This document shows positions 36,818-47,569 of a DNA stretch of 64,000 nt, one piece after another. Within the stretch, counting starts at the first letter, position 1. Each line of letters starts with the position of its first letter. Source of the stretch: Bacteroidales bacterium (GTDB taxonomy: Bacteria; Bacteroidota; Bacteroidia; Bacteroidales; UBA932); assembly GCA_009774765.1 (NCBI GenBank), contig VSOK01000003.1, forward strand, positions 1,885-65,884. Direction: 5' to 3'. Under the pieces are notes generated by a model. That model made no database searches and had not been told where the DNA came from. It saw only the letters and a program-made list of their open reading frames with translations. Made by a program: the position numbers and the translations under genes.

Positions 36818-37867
36818 ATGAAACTTTCGCAGTTTAATTTTAACCTGACAAAAGACAAAGTAGCATCAGAGCCGCCGAGATGGCGTGATGACTGCAAACT
36901 TATGGTCCTTCACAAGGACACCGGAGAAATCGAACACAAGATATTCAAAGACATAATAGAATATTTCGGCAAAGGGGATACTTTTGTACTGAATGACACA
37001 AAGGTTTTTCCTGCACGCCTGTACGGCAACAAAGAGAAGACAGGTGCCGACATCGAGGTATTCCTCTTGAGGGAACTCAACCGCGAGCAGAGGCTTTGGG
37101 ATGTCATTGTGGACCCTGCAAGAAAAATCCGTATCGGAAACAAGCTGTATTTCGGTGAGGACGAGAACCTTGTAGCCGAAGTCATCGACAACACCACATC
37201 CCGCGGAAGAACCCTGAGGTTCCTGTACGACGGGCCATACGAGGAATTCAAGGAGACATTGTTCAGCCTCGGAGAGCCTCCTGTGCCAAAATGGGTAAAA
37301 GAAAAGGTGACAGAGGAAGATGTGGAGAATTTCCAGACGATCTTCGCTGCCCACGAAGGAGCCGTATCCGCACCGGCGGCCGGTCTCCATTTCAGCAGGG
37401 AGCTGTTCAACAGGATGATTCTCAAAGACATCAACAAAGCATTCATCACCCTGCACATGGGTATCGGACATTTCAGGTCCGTAGACGTGGAAGACCTTTC
37501 GAAACACAAGATGGATTCGGAAAGGCTTATCATCACACCCGAAGCGGCCGATATCATCAACAGCACAAAAGCGGCTAAACACAAGGTCGTGGCTGTCGGA
37601 GTGACTGTAATCCGCGGTCTTGAAGCATACTACACCACAAACGACGAGGTCATCGCATTTGACGGATGGACAAACAAATTCATTTTCCCTCCGTACAGGT
37701 TCGCGATTCCGGACGCCATAGTATCAAACTTCCATCTGCCATGCTCTACAATGCTGATGTCGGTTGCCGCTTTCGGAGGATATGAGAACGTTATGAAAGC
37801 CTACGGCGTGGCCCTTAAAGAAGGCTACAAGTTCGGTCCTTACGGAGACGCTATGCTTATATTGTAA
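36818..37867 (+). CDS. queA: S-adenosylmethionine:tRNA ribosyltransferase-isomerase
   Basis: [42 protein letters not shown]. Confidence 0.95.
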   Translation: MKLSQFNFNLTKDKVASEPPRWRDDCKLMVLHKDTGEIEHKIFKDIIEYFGKGDTFVLNDTKVFPARLYGNKEKTGADIEVFLLRELNREQRLWDVIVDPARKIRIGNKLYFGEDENLVAEVIDNTTSRGRTLRFLYDGPYEEFKETLFSLGEPPVPKWVKEKVTEEDVENFQTIFAAHEGAVSAPAAGLHFSRELFNRMILKDINKAFITLHMGIGHFRSVDVEDLSKHKMDSERLIITPEAADIINSTKAAKHKVVAVGVTVIRGLEAYYTTNDEVIAFDGWTNKFIFPPYRFAIPDAIVSNFHLPCSTMLMSVAAFGGYENVMKAYGVALKEGYKFGPYGDAMLIL

Positions 37868-37901
37868 AATTTCCTCAAAAAGAGAAAATATCATAAAAAA
37901 C

Positions 37902-37944
37902 AGAAAAACCGCCTGCAGGGAAGTTCCCCGCAGGCGGTTTTTCT
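37902..37944 (+). terminator. Intrinsic terminator after queA
   Basis: AGAAAAACCGCCTGC / GCAGGCGGTTTTTCT. Confidence 0.85.
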
Positions 37945-37990
37945 TTCATATTGACATACTTTTGCATTCGACCAATACACAAAGTAGCCT

Positions 37991-39148
37991 ATGTATGATG
38001 AAAAGATTTGCAGATACACGCTGAACAGGATATTCGGATACAGGCCCAAAATCGCTCACGCTCTGGTCGACAGCATAGGATCGGCATCGGAAGTGTTCAG
38101 AATCGGGTCCACGAGACTCAAAGAGATGCTTCCATACACAAAAGACATCTGCCTTCTGTCCGACAGCGAATACGAGAAATCGCACATAGAACTGAAAAGG
38201 CTTGAAGCGGCAGGCATCAGGTTCATCTGCAACGACGACGCTTTCTTCCCTGCCCTGCTGAAAGAATGTGAAGACCACCCTATGGGCCTGTATGTCAGGA
38301 GCGAAAGTCCATTCCGCGAAATTTTCACAGAATGCACAAACATAGCAGTCATCGGGACACGGGACATCTCACCATACGGCAGGGAATGGTGCGAAAGAAT
38401 CGTCTCCTCCCTGCCCGGAACAAGCCCGGAGACGGCTGTCATAAGCGGCCTTGCGATCGGCACCGACATAACAGCACACAGGACGGCATTGAAAAAGGGA
38501 GTGCGGACAATAGCCGTCATCCCTACCGGAATAGACGGAATATATCCATACAGACATCTCTCTGAAGCGGAACGCATTGCCTCCTCACCAGGATGCGCCA
38601 TCATCACGGACTACCCTCCGCAGACAAAAGCATTGAAGATCAATTTCCTGAGACGGAACAGAATAATTGCCGGTCTATGCAGGGCGACAATACTTGTCGA
38701 ATCAAAAGTCAAAGGAGGAGGAATGACAACGGCACGGCTCGCATTCTCCTACTCAAGGGATGTATACGCGCTTCCCGGAAGGGCGGACGACATCAGGTCA
38801 CAAGGATGCAATCTCCTCATCAAGGAAAAAATCGCCGAGCCGATCTTTTCCGAACAGGCACTTCTGGAAAGCCTTTCCCTGCAGAAAGCCATAGAAAGCG
38901 ACAGAAATGACGCATACGGGAAAGACACTTTCACAAAAATGTATTCGGGGACACTGGACAGCAGTTCCATAGATATCCTGTCGAGAATAGTGCTTGCCAT
39001 AAAAAACCGGCGCGGCATCACAATAGAAGAAACGGCGCAGAGACTCGGTATAAGCTACAGGCAGACTTCAGAGCTCGTGTGCCTGCTGGAGTGCGACGGC
39101 ATAATATCCACAGACCTTATGCAAAGGTGCTTCATCAAACTGCAATGA
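37991..39148 (+). CDS. dprA: DNA-processing protein DprA
   Basis: AVIGTR, ISGLAIGTDITAH, FLRRNRIIAGL, VESKVKGG, ALPGR, GCNLLIK. Confidence 0.93.
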   Translation: MYDEKICRYTLNRIFGYRPKIAHALVDSIGSASEVFRIGSTRLKEMLPYTKDICLLSDSEYEKSHIELKRLEAAGIRFICNDDAFFPALLKECEDHPMGLYVRSESPFREIFTECTNIAVIGTRDISPYGREWCERIVSSLPGTSPETAVISGLAIGTDITAHRTALKKGVRTIAVIPTGIDGIYPYRHLSEAERIASSPGCAIITDYPPQTKALKINFLRRNRIIAGLCRATILVESKVKGGGMTTARLAFSYSRDVYALPGRADDIRSQGCNLLIKEKIAEPIFSEQALLESLSLQKAIESDRNDAYGKDTFTKMYSGTLDSSSIDILSRIVLAIKNRRGITIEETAQRLGISYRQTSELVCLLECDGIISTDLMQRCFIKLQ

Positions 39149-39210
39149 ACAAAAATCAACGATTAAAAATAAATTGTAAATTTGCGTCCTGTTGCATATA
39201 AACCGCCGGA

Positions 39211-39984
39211 ATGACAAATTTTATAGACACCCATACACATCTTTATGACGAGGCATTCGCGGAGGATGCCGACGCCGCAATTGAAAGGGCAATAGACGCA
39301 GGAGTCACCAAAATGGTGTTCCCTGACATAGACAGTTCATCAAGAAAAGCGATGTTTGAACTTTCCTCACGGCACGAAGGTACCGTATTCCCCTGTCTCG
39401 GACTTCATCCGACATCAGTGGGAGCAGGATGGGAGCAGGAATATTCGGATATGCTCGGTGAAGTCAGCCGCCACAAGATCATTGCTATCGGAGAAACAGG
39501 AATAGACTGCTACTGGTCAAAAGAATTCATCGGACAGCAGAAAGAGGTTTTCCGGCTTCAGCTCGAGATAGCCTCAAAGATGGACCTCCCGGTCATAATA
39601 CATTCAAGGGAGTCCACTGAAATAATCTTTGACATACTTGAAGGATTCAAGGGAGCAGGGCTGCGCGGAGTCTTCCACGCATTCAGCGGCAGCTATGAGA
39701 CATTCGAACGCTTCTCTGCATACGGAGACTGGTACGTCGGCATCGGAGGCGTATTGACATACAAGAAGGCATCAATCGCCGAGACTATAAAAAGAATACC
39801 GCTTGAAAGAATACTGACAGAGACGGACTCGCCGTACCTGACGCCTGTCCCACACAGGGGGCAGCGCAATGAAAGCAGCTATATCCCACTGATAGCGGAG
39901 AAGATAGCGGCCCAGAAAGGCACAAGCATCGAAAATGTGGCCGAGACCACATACAGGAACGCACAAAACTTATTCAGGATATGA
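39211..39984 (+). CDS. tatD: TatD family hydrolase
   Basis: DTHTH, GLHP, IGETGID, IIHSR, ETDSPYLTP. Confidence 0.93.
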   Translation: MTNFIDTHTHLYDEAFAEDADAAIERAIDAGVTKMVFPDIDSSSRKAMFELSSRHEGTVFPCLGLHPTSVGAGWEQEYSDMLGEVSRHKIIAIGETGIDCYWSKEFIGQQKEVFRLQLEIASKMDLPVIIHSRESTEIIFDILEGFKGAGLRGVFHAFSGSYETFERFSAYGDWYVGIGGVLTYKKASIAETIKRIPLERILTETDSPYLTPVPHRGQRNESSYIPLIAEKIAAQKGTSIENVAETTYRNAQNLFRI

Positions 39985-41033
39985 AAAACAACAAATCCGC
40001 AGACAAGGCCTCCATTCTGATAATATACACCGGAGGTACAATAGGGATGAAACAGGACCCTTCAGACCTTACCCTGAAGCCGTTTGATTTCAGCCAGATA
40101 TTGGACGAAGCACCGGAGCTGGGGAAATTCGCCTGCCGGATCGACACCTATACATTCAATCCGATAATAGACTCTTCAGATGTAGAGCCGGCCTTATGGC
40201 AGCAGCTGGCTCAGCTGATATACGACAGGTATGACGAACACGACGGCTTTGTCATCCTGCACGGCACGGACACTATGGCATATTCCGCCTCCGCCCTGAG
40301 CTTTATGCTTGAAGGACTGACCAAACCGGTGATTTTCACCGGGAGCCAGCTTCCCATCGGAGTTCCGAGAACCGACGGACGCGAGAATCTCATATCATCG
40401 GTAGAGATAGCCGCGGCAAAAGACGGCGAAGGGCACGCGCTCGTGCCCGAAGTCTGCATCTGTTTCGACAATATGCTGATGAGAGGCAACAGGACCACTA
40501 AAGTAAATTCAGACAACTTCAGGGCATTCAGGTCAGAGAACCTTCCTCCGCTCGCGGAGGCCGGCATCAGCATAAGATACAACACTTCTCTCATAAGAAA
40601 GCCGGAAGACTGGTCACGGCCGCTCACCCTGCACAAAGACCTTGACACACGTGTGTCGATTCTCAAGATACACCCTGGAATAACCCCGCAGGTGGTCAGG
40701 AACATCCTGCTCGGAGACCAGACAAGAGCCGTGATACTTGAAACATACGGCTCAGGGAACGCGCCTTGCAAAGAATGGTTCATCTCAATAGTAAAGGAAG
40801 CCGCCAATTCCGGAAAAATCCTTATGAATGTGACCCAATGCCTTGGAGGAAGCGTAAATATGGACATCTACGCAAACGGCAAAACGCTAAAGGAAGCCGG
40901 CGTGCTGAACGGGTATGACAGCACTACAGAAAGCGCGCTCGCAAAGTTGTTTCACCTTATGGGAAGGGGCGAAAACAACACCTGGGTCAAAACACATCTG
41001 GAGCTTGACCTAAGAGGTGAAATATCAAAATAA
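39981..41033 (+). CDS. ansA: L-asparaginase type I
   Basis: YTGGTIGM, HGTDTMAY, TGSQLP, RGNRTTK. Confidence 0.93.
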   Translation: MKNNKSADKASILIIYTGGTIGMKQDPSDLTLKPFDFSQILDEAPELGKFACRIDTYTFNPIIDSSDVEPALWQQLAQLIYDRYDEHDGFVILHGTDTMAYSASALSFMLEGLTKPVIFTGSQLPIGVPRTDGRENLISSVEIAAAKDGEGHALVPEVCICFDNMLMRGNRTTKVNSDNFRAFRSENLPPLAEAGISIRYNTSLIRKPEDWSRPLTLHKDLDTRVSILKIHPGITPQVVRNILLGDQTRAVILETYGSGNAPCKEWFISIVKEAANSGKILMNVTQCLGGSVNMDIYANGKTLKEAGVLNGYDSTTESALAKLFHLMGRGENNTWVKTHLELDLRGEISK

Positions 41034-41160
41034 TTATTGCCATGTGAAAATTAATTGCTAAATTGCACCGGATTTAGGGAGTGTAACAAAGGCACTTGTT
41101 CTAATTCGAATAATTTAAAAACAATTTAATACATTATTAATTAAACACACAAAAACAATT

Positions 41161-41940
41161 ATGAAAAAATTTTTCATGTTTTTGGCAGTTATCGGCCTCA
41201 CAGCCATTTCTGCGCAGTACGCAGCCGCTCAGGACGCAGAGGCTGCTTCAGAGACAACCGTAGCGGCGGCTGAGACTGTTGACCCGTTCAATGCCCCAGC
41301 TGAAGAAGTTCCTTTCCACCAGGCTCTCAAGACAAAATTCATCGAGGGTGGTGCAGGCTTCATGTCACTCGTTATCATCTGTCTTATTCTCGGTCTTGCT
41401 CTCTGCATCGAGAGGATTCTCTATCTGTCATTGTCAAAGACAAACACAAAGAAACTCCTTGCTGCAATTGAGGAAGCTCTTCAGAATGGCGGCGTAGAGG
41501 CTGCAAAAGAGGTTTGCCGCAACACACGCGGACCAGTGGCAAGCATTTTCTACCAGGGTCTTCTCCGTATGGACCAGGGTATCGAGGTTGTCGAGAAGAC
41601 AGTCGTTTCCTACGGTTCTGTACAGATGAGCCAGATGGAAAGCGGTCTTTCCTGGATTTCCCTCTTCATCGCTATCGCACCTTCTCTCGGATTCTTGGGA
41701 ACCGTTATCGGTATGATCCAGGCATTCGACGCTATCCAGGCTGCAGGTGATATTTCTCCAAACGTTGTTGCAGGAGGTATGAAAGTCGCTTTGATCACTA
41801 CTGTCGGTGGTTTGATCGTTGCCGTTATCCTTCAGATTTTCTACAACTACATCCTTTCAAAGATCGACGGTCTTACAATCGATATGGAGGATGCTTCCAT
41901 CTCATTGGTGGATACACTGGTTAAATATCAGAATAAATAA
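41161..41940 (+). CDS. exbB: MotA/TolQ/ExbB proton channel protein
   Basis: APSLGFLGTVIGMIQAF, GGMKVALITTVGGL. Confidence 0.9.
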   Translation: MKKFFMFLAVIGLTAISAQYAAAQDAEAASETTVAAAETVDPFNAPAEEVPFHQALKTKFIEGGAGFMSLVIICLILGLALCIERILYLSLSKTNTKKLLAAIEEALQNGGVEAAKEVCRNTRGPVASIFYQGLLRMDQGIEVVEKTVVSYGSVQMSQMESGLSWISLFIAIAPSLGFLGTVIGMIQAFDAIQAAGDISPNVVAGGMKVALITTVGGLIVAVILQIFYNYILSKIDGLTIDMEDASISLVDTLVKYQNK

Positions 41941-41948
41941 TTAGTACA

Positions 41949-42377
41949 ATGTATCAAAAGGTCATAAAATATATTTCTTGGGCATTGCTTATCGTCAGCG
42001 TTGTCATTGGAGTCCTCGGTTTCGCAATCGGGTTCAACACCAGTGATGCTGTAGCGGTTGACACTTTGCTCTACTGGGCGTACGCTATGGTCGGCGCGGC
42101 TCTGGCAGCGATCATTCTGATCGGCATTTATGTCGGAGCGACCAACAATCCTAAGGGACTGCTCAAAACAGCTCTCGTAGTAATAGGATTCGCTGCCATC
42201 ATAGCTGTCGCATACCTTGTCGCACCGGGCGCAGACGCCGTGGGATACAACGGAGAACAGCCAAGTGCAGTAACTCTCAAATTCACTGATACGATCCTTA
42301 TCCTTACATACCTTTCCTGCGGTCTTGCCGTTTTGTCAATCATTGCAGGAGCTGTAGTGGGAGCTTTTCGTAAATAA
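41949..42377 (+). CDS. Hypothetical membrane protein of the exbBD operon
   Basis: Four hydrophobic segments; located between exbB and exbD. Confidence 0.75.
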   Translation: MYQKVIKYISWALLIVSVVIGVLGFAIGFNTSDAVAVDTLLYWAYAMVGAALAAIILIGIYVGATNNPKGLLKTALVVIGFAAIIAVAYLVAPGADAVGYNGEQPSAVTLKFTDTILILTYLSCGLAVLSIIAGAVVGAFRK

Positions 42378-42386
42378 CCAAGCATT

Positions 42387-42962
42387 ATGGCAAAAAAGAC
42401 ACCTGAAATAAATTCAAGTTCAACGGCGGATATTGCATTCCTCCTGCTTTGCTACTTCCTGATGACCACTACAATGGGTCAGGATTCAGGTCTGCAGCGC
42501 CGTCTTCCTCCTATGCCTGACAAAAACCAGCAAGTGGAGGACCAGAAGGTTAATCGCCGCAACATCATCGTTGTGAAGATTAACTCTGCCGACAGGCTTC
42601 TTGCCGGCAATGAACCGATGGATGTCAGCCAGCTGAAGGACAAAATCAAAGAATTCCTTAATAACCCTGCAAACGACCCTAACCTCCCGGAAAAAAGTCC
42701 TAAGGAGATTGAAGGATTCGGAGTATTTGAAGTTTCAAAAGGAGTCATTTCACTCCAGAACGACCGCGGTACAAGCTACCAGGCATACATAGCCGTACAG
42801 AACGAGCTTGTAAAGGCGATCAACGAACTTCGTGACGATTTCTGCCTTTCACATTATGGAAAGGTCTACAGCAAACTCGACGAAGAGAAACAGAAAATCG
42901 CCAGGGAAGCCATTCCTCAGAACATATCTGAGGCAGAACCTAAGGATATAAACAAAAGATAA
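42387..42962 (+). CDS. exbD: ExbD/TolR biopolymer transporter
   Basis: EINSSSTADIAFLLLCYFLMTT. Confidence 0.88.
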   Translation: MAKKTPEINSSSTADIAFLLLCYFLMTTTMGQDSGLQRRLPPMPDKNQQVEDQKVNRRNIIVVKINSADRLLAGNEPMDVSQLKDKIKEFLNNPANDPNLPEKSPKEIEGFGVFEVSKGVISLQNDRGTSYQAYIAVQNELVKAINELRDDFCLSHYGKVYSKLDEEKQKIAREAIPQNISEAEPKDINKR

Positions 42963-42977
42963 AGAAAGGAGATAATT

Positions 42978-43448
42978 ATGTCAAAATTCGGAAATAACAG
43001 CAAAAAGGAAATGCCGGGATTGACGACTTCATCCCTCTCCGATATCGTGTTTATGCTTCTGTTCTTCTTTATGGTCACCACCAGTATGCGTGAAAGTGAA
43101 AATAAAGTTGCAGTCAAACTTCCTGAAGCTACAGAGATAGCCAAACTTGAAAGAAAGGACTTGACTTCATATATCAACATAGGTCCTCCTGTGAAACACC
43201 TTCAGGCCCAGTACGGTACTGATGCGCGTATCCAGCTGAACGATTCGTTCAAGACCGTTGATGAAATCCGTGACTTTATCGCAGCTGAACGTGATGCTAT
43301 GAGTGAGGCTGACAGGCAGTTCATGACTGTTGCCATCAAGGCAGACGAGAATGTCAGGATGGGTATCATTACTGACGTGAAACAGGAACTGCGCAGATGC
43401 TCAGCATTGAAGATTATGTATGCAGCCCGTAAAAACGCAGCAGAATAA
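42978..43448 (+). CDS. exbD: ExbD/TolR biopolymer transporter
   Basis: SLSDIVFMLLFFFMVTT, IKADENVRMG. Confidence 0.88.
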   Translation: MSKFGNNSKKEMPGLTTSSLSDIVFMLLFFFMVTTSMRESENKVAVKLPEATEIAKLERKDLTSYINIGPPVKHLQAQYGTDARIQLNDSFKTVDEIRDFIAAERDAMSEADRQFMTVAIKADENVRMGIITDVKQELRRCSALKIMYAARKNAAE

Positions 43449-43464
43449 TCAATAATTTATATCA

Positions 43465-43497
43465 AAAAAGGGGTTGTACAATGTACAACCCCTTTTT
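43465..43497 (+). terminator. Intrinsic terminator after exbD
   Basis: AAAAAGGGGTTGTACA / TGTACAACCCCTTTTT. Confidence 0.8.
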
Positions 43498-43515
43498 ATT
43501 AAAACCACAGCTATT

Positions 43516-44721
43516 ATGAACAAAACAATATCATCAGCACTTGTCGCCGTATCCCTGATAGCCGCAGCATCGTTATCAAGCGGATGCTGTTCCAAAGACA
43601 CACAGGACAGGCAGGCAAAATATATATTCGTAATGATAGGTGACGGAATGGGAGCGACTCAGGCAGCCGTCGCTGAATCATATCTGTCCTACAAAGCAGG
43701 TAAACTCGGAGGAGAGCAGCTCTGCTTCACACAGTTTCCAGTACTCGGAACCTGCACCACATTCTCTGCAGACAAAAATATCACCTGCTCGTCAGCGTCA
43801 GGAACAGCAATAGCGACAGGACACAAGACCAACAACAATATGCTCGGTGTGGACCCGGAAGGCAACAGCCTCAAAAGTATGGCATATACACTGAAGGAGC
43901 AGGGATACCGCATAGGCATAATGTCGTCTGTCCCTGTCAACCACGCGACACCGGCTTCATTCTACGGACATAACAAGAACAGGGGCGACTATTACAACAT
44001 CGCACGTGAAATTCCTGAATCAGACTTCGACTTCTTTGCCGGAAGCGGAATACTGCAGTTCAAAGGAAAGGACAATGACAAGGAAGGTATCGATGAATAT
44101 CTCGAAAGAGAGGGATATGACGTATGTTTCGGTCTTCAGGAACTTAAGGAAAGCGAAGACAGAGACGGAGTTGTCCTGATACCGGCAAGCCAGAGAAAAG
44201 AGAGTGCTGCAAACTACGAAATAGACCGTAACGACGAGGATGACTACGTGCTCCGCGATGTCGTTTCCGCCGCAATCGAATATCTTGGCGAAGACAATCC
44301 GTTTTTCATTATGTGCGAAGGCGGAGAAATAGACTGGGCAGCACACGACAACAATGCCAAGGATCTGGTCGATGCGACACTGAGGTTTGATGACGCGGTC
44401 AAAGTTGCATACGAGTTCTATCTCAGACATCCTGACGAGACTCTGATTATCGTCACCGCAGACCACGAGACAGGAGGAGTCACCATCGGTGCGAACAAAG
44501 GAAAGAGCATCGGATGGGAAGGCATAGAAAAAGCATTCTCGGAAGACAGGAAATACGACAGTCAGGAAAAACGGGAAATCAGCTTCGACAACAATATCGG
44601 ATGGACGACATTTGACCATACCGGAGGTCCTGTTCCTATCTATGCTATAGGCGTAGGGGCGGAAAGATTTGCCGGAAGGATGGATAACACGGACATTCAC
44701 GACAAAATTGTAAGAAAATAA
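43516..44721 (+). CDS. phoA: Alkaline phosphatase (PhoA family, probable lipoprotein)
   Basis: IGDGMG, HATPASF, EGGEIDWAAHDN, VTADHETGG, HTG, DNTDI. Confidence 0.88.
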   Translation: MNKTISSALVAVSLIAAASLSSGCCSKDTQDRQAKYIFVMIGDGMGATQAAVAESYLSYKAGKLGGEQLCFTQFPVLGTCTTFSADKNITCSSASGTAIATGHKTNNNMLGVDPEGNSLKSMAYTLKEQGYRIGIMSSVPVNHATPASFYGHNKNRGDYYNIAREIPESDFDFFAGSGILQFKGKDNDKEGIDEYLEREGYDVCFGLQELKESEDRDGVVLIPASQRKESAANYEIDRNDEDDYVLRDVVSAAIEYLGEDNPFFIMCEGGEIDWAAHDNNAKDLVDATLRFDDAVKVAYEFYLRHPDETLIIVTADHETGGVTIGANKGKSIGWEGIEKAFSEDRKYDSQEKREISFDNNIGWTTFDHTGGPVPIYAIGVGAERFAGRMDNTDIHDKIVRK

Positions 44722-44759
44722 AGACAAATGAATTATATTTGTACGTTTGAATAAAATTT

Positions 44760-46160
44760 ATGAAAATGGAAAAATTGATTAGAACCAAGGTAAAGGACCT
44801 TCTGAGGCAGGAGCCGGGGAAGGATGTCCTCGCCAAAGGATGGGTAAGGACAAAAAGAGGGAACAAAAATGTATCTTTCATCGCGCTGAATGACGGTTCT
44901 ACAATAAATAATATACAAGTCGTTGTCGATGCCGGCAAATTCAATGAAGAGCAGCTGAAGAAAATCACGACCGGAGCCTGCATAGGCGTAACCGGAGCAT
45001 TGGTAGCATCGCTCGGAAACGGCCAGTCAGTAGAAATCCAGGCCAAGGAAATAGAAATCTTCGGAGAAGCCGATCCAGAGACCTATCCTCTCCAGAAGAA
45101 AGGCCATACAATGGAATTCCTCAGAAGCATCGCGCACCTCAGACCAAGGACAAACACTTTCGGAGCCGTGCTGAGAATCAGGCACGCAATGGCTTTTGCC
45201 ATACATAAATATTTCAACGACAAAGGATTCGTCTATCTTCATACACCTCTTATCACAGCATCGGACTGTGAGGGTGCCGGAGAGATGTTCCAGGTCACTA
45301 CACTTGATATGAAAAATCCTCCGCTCAAAGAGGACGGAAGTATCGACTACAGCCAGGATTTCTTCGGAAAGCAGACAAGCCTCACCGTGAGCGGACAGCT
45401 TGAAGGCGAACTTGGAGCAATGGCTCTCGGTGAGATTTACACATTCGGTCCGACATTCCGTGCTGAAAACTCAAATACTCCGAGACACCTTGCCGAGTTC
45501 TGGATGATAGAGCCTGAAATGGCATTCTACGAAATAGAGGACAATATGAATCTGGCTGAGGATTTCATCAAATCCCTTGTGAAATATGCCCTTGACAACT
45601 GTTATGATGACATAAAGTTCCTCAATGACATGTTTGACAAAGAGCTTATCGAAAGACTCCAGAGCGTCATAAAGACAGATTTCGTAAGGCTTACCTACAC
45701 GGAAGGTATCAGAATTCTTGAAGAGTCAGGAGAAAAGTTCGAGTTCCCTGTAAGCTGGGGAGTCGACCTGCAGAGCGAGCACGAGAGATATCTGGTGGAA
45801 AGACATTTCGGCAAACCTGTAATTATGACGGACTACCCTAAGGAAATAAAGGCATTCTATATGAAACAGAACGCCGACGGAAAGACCGTGAGAGGTATGG
45901 ACGTGCTTTTCCCTAAGATCGGAGAAATCATCGGAGGTTCAGAAAGAGAATCATCACTTGAGAAACTTGAAGCACGCATCGCGGAAATCGGTATGGGAAG
46001 AGAGTCTCTGGAATGGTATCTTGACACCCGCCGTTTCGGTTCCGCTCCTCACAGCGGCTTCGGTCTCGGATTTGAGCGTCTCCTGCTGTTTGTAACAGGA
46101 ATGAGCAATATCAGGGATGTGATTCCGTTCCCGCGTACACCTAAGAATGCAGAATATTAA
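44760..46160 (+). CDS. asnS: Asparagine--tRNA ligase
   Basis: [49 protein letters not shown]. Confidence 0.97.
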   Translation: MKMEKLIRTKVKDLLRQEPGKDVLAKGWVRTKRGNKNVSFIALNDGSTINNIQVVVDAGKFNEEQLKKITTGACIGVTGALVASLGNGQSVEIQAKEIEIFGEADPETYPLQKKGHTMEFLRSIAHLRPRTNTFGAVLRIRHAMAFAIHKYFNDKGFVYLHTPLITASDCEGAGEMFQVTTLDMKNPPLKEDGSIDYSQDFFGKQTSLTVSGQLEGELGAMALGEIYTFGPTFRAENSNTPRHLAEFWMIEPEMAFYEIEDNMNLAEDFIKSLVKYALDNCYDDIKFLNDMFDKELIERLQSVIKTDFVRLTYTEGIRILEESGEKFEFPVSWGVDLQSEHERYLVERHFGKPVIMTDYPKEIKAFYMKQNADGKTVRGMDVLFPKIGEIIGGSERESSLEKLEARIAEIGMGRESLEWYLDTRRFGSAPHSGFGLGFERLLLFVTGMSNIRDVIPFPRTPKNAEY

Positions 46161-46178
46161 TCCTTAACAAGACGACCT

Positions 46179-46802
46179 ATGTTGATTATCGGAATAGCCG
46201 GAGGTTCAGGATCGGGCAAGACGACAGTCGTTCAGGCCATCACAAAACAGCTTAAGGAAAGAGTCGTTGTAATCCCCCAGGATTCATACTACAAAGACTC
46301 AAGCCACCTTACTGCCGAGGAAAAAAGATATATGAATTTTGACCATCCGGACTCCATCGACTTCAATCTGCTGAATGAGCAGATCAAGATGCTGAAGGAA
46401 GGCAGAAGCATAGAGCAGCCGGTCTACTCATATATCACCTGTTCCCGTTCCAAGACTGAAACAATTACGGTAAATCCTGCAGAAGTCATAATTATTGAGG
46501 GCATACTTATCTTCACCTGCGCCGAGCTGCGCGATCAGATGGACATCAAACTGTTTGTTGATGCCGATGATGACGACAGGCTTATGCGCGTGATGGCAAG
46601 GGACATAATAGAAAGAGGCAAGACCGTCGAGACTGTAATCGAGAGATACAGCAAGACGGTCAAGCCGATGTACCTACAGTTCATCGAACCGAGCAAAAGA
46701 TATGCCGATGTCATCATCCCTCAGGGAGGACACAACCAGGTAGCCATTGATATTCTGACTGCGACAATAGAAAAATCCCTGAACTGTATAGAAGGCAAGT
46801 GA
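46179..46802 (+). CDS. udk: Uridine kinase
   Basis: GIAGGSGSGKTT, QDSYYKD, NFDHPDS, FIEPSKRYAD. Confidence 0.95.
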   Translation: MLIIGIAGGSGSGKTTVVQAITKQLKERVVVIPQDSYYKDSSHLTAEEKRYMNFDHPDSIDFNLLNEQIKMLKEGRSIEQPVYSYITCSRSKTETITVNPAEVIIIEGILIFTCAELRDQMDIKLFVDADDDDRLMRVMARDIIERGKTVETVIERYSKTVKPMYLQFIEPSKRYADVIIPQGGHNQVAIDILTATIEKSLNCIEGK

Positions 46803-47545
46803 ATATAAAACATCTGTACAAGCGACTGAAGTCTGAAGACAAAGCAGGCTTATATATCACCGTGATTTTCCATCTCACGGTGATTATTGTGTTGCTTGCC
46901 ATTCAGATAGGAGCTGTGGTCAGCAAGGAAAATTCATTTGTACTGGACTTTTCAAAGCAGGAAGAGACAGAAAGACTGGCCAAAGAAGAGGAGTTCAGAG
47001 AAAATGTGAGCAGACGCATCGATGAAATGCTGCGGACAGCCAGCGCGGTCTCTGATGCGAATATACGCAATATTGCCGTAGACGCCTCTTCCCCGAAAAT
47101 GAAGGATGACAGGGGCACGGATGCCGAACAGCTGTACAAAGATGCGGAAAGGCTTGCAAAGGAACTTGCAGACGGTCCCAGACAGGCACTTTATGAAGAC
47201 GCACGGGACGAAACGGTTGAAATCTCCGGACAAAAGTCAGACAAAAGTTCACAGAAGGAATATAAAGGACCTTCCGTAGTATCATATACTCTTGACGGGC
47301 GCAAGGCAAGCCATCTCAAAATACCAGCATACAGATGTATGGGAGGCGGAGATGTCACGGTATTGATTACCGTAGACCCTCAGGGCAATGTGATCAATGC
47401 AAAAATCTATGACTCCCTGTCCGCTTCAGACCAATGTCTCAGGGATTTCGCCATACGTGCGGCAAGACTGTCCAAATTCTCAAAATCAGCAACAGCCCCA
47501 TCGCGTCAGCAGGGAGAAATAGTCTACAGGTTCATAGCGCAATAA
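46799..47545 (+). CDS. TonB-like protein (TM anchor + TonB C-terminal domain)
   Basis: N-terminal TM with TxxxH; PAYRC...VLITVDPQGNV...QGEIVYRF. Confidence 0.7.
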   Translation: MNIKHLYKRLKSEDKAGLYITVIFHLTVIIVLLAIQIGAVVSKENSFVLDFSKQEETERLAKEEEFRENVSRRIDEMLRTASAVSDANIRNIAVDASSPKMKDDRGTDAEQLYKDAERLAKELADGPRQALYEDARDETVEISGQKSDKSSQKEYKGPSVVSYTLDGRKASHLKIPAYRCMGGGDVTVLITVDPQGNVINAKIYDSLSASDQCLRDFAIRAARLSKFSKSATAPSRQQGEIVYRFIAQ

Positions 47546-47569
47546 TCATTGGCGCGAATACCCCGGTCA

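Noticed and set aside
36866..37584. Long antisense ORFs over queA (similar ones over phoA, ansA, pyrE)
   Set aside because: They lie opposite well-supported genes and have no motifs; codon-bias shadows.
41040..41160. tRNA or ncRNA upstream of exbB
   Set aside because: No cloverleaf or T-loop motif; only weak pairing.
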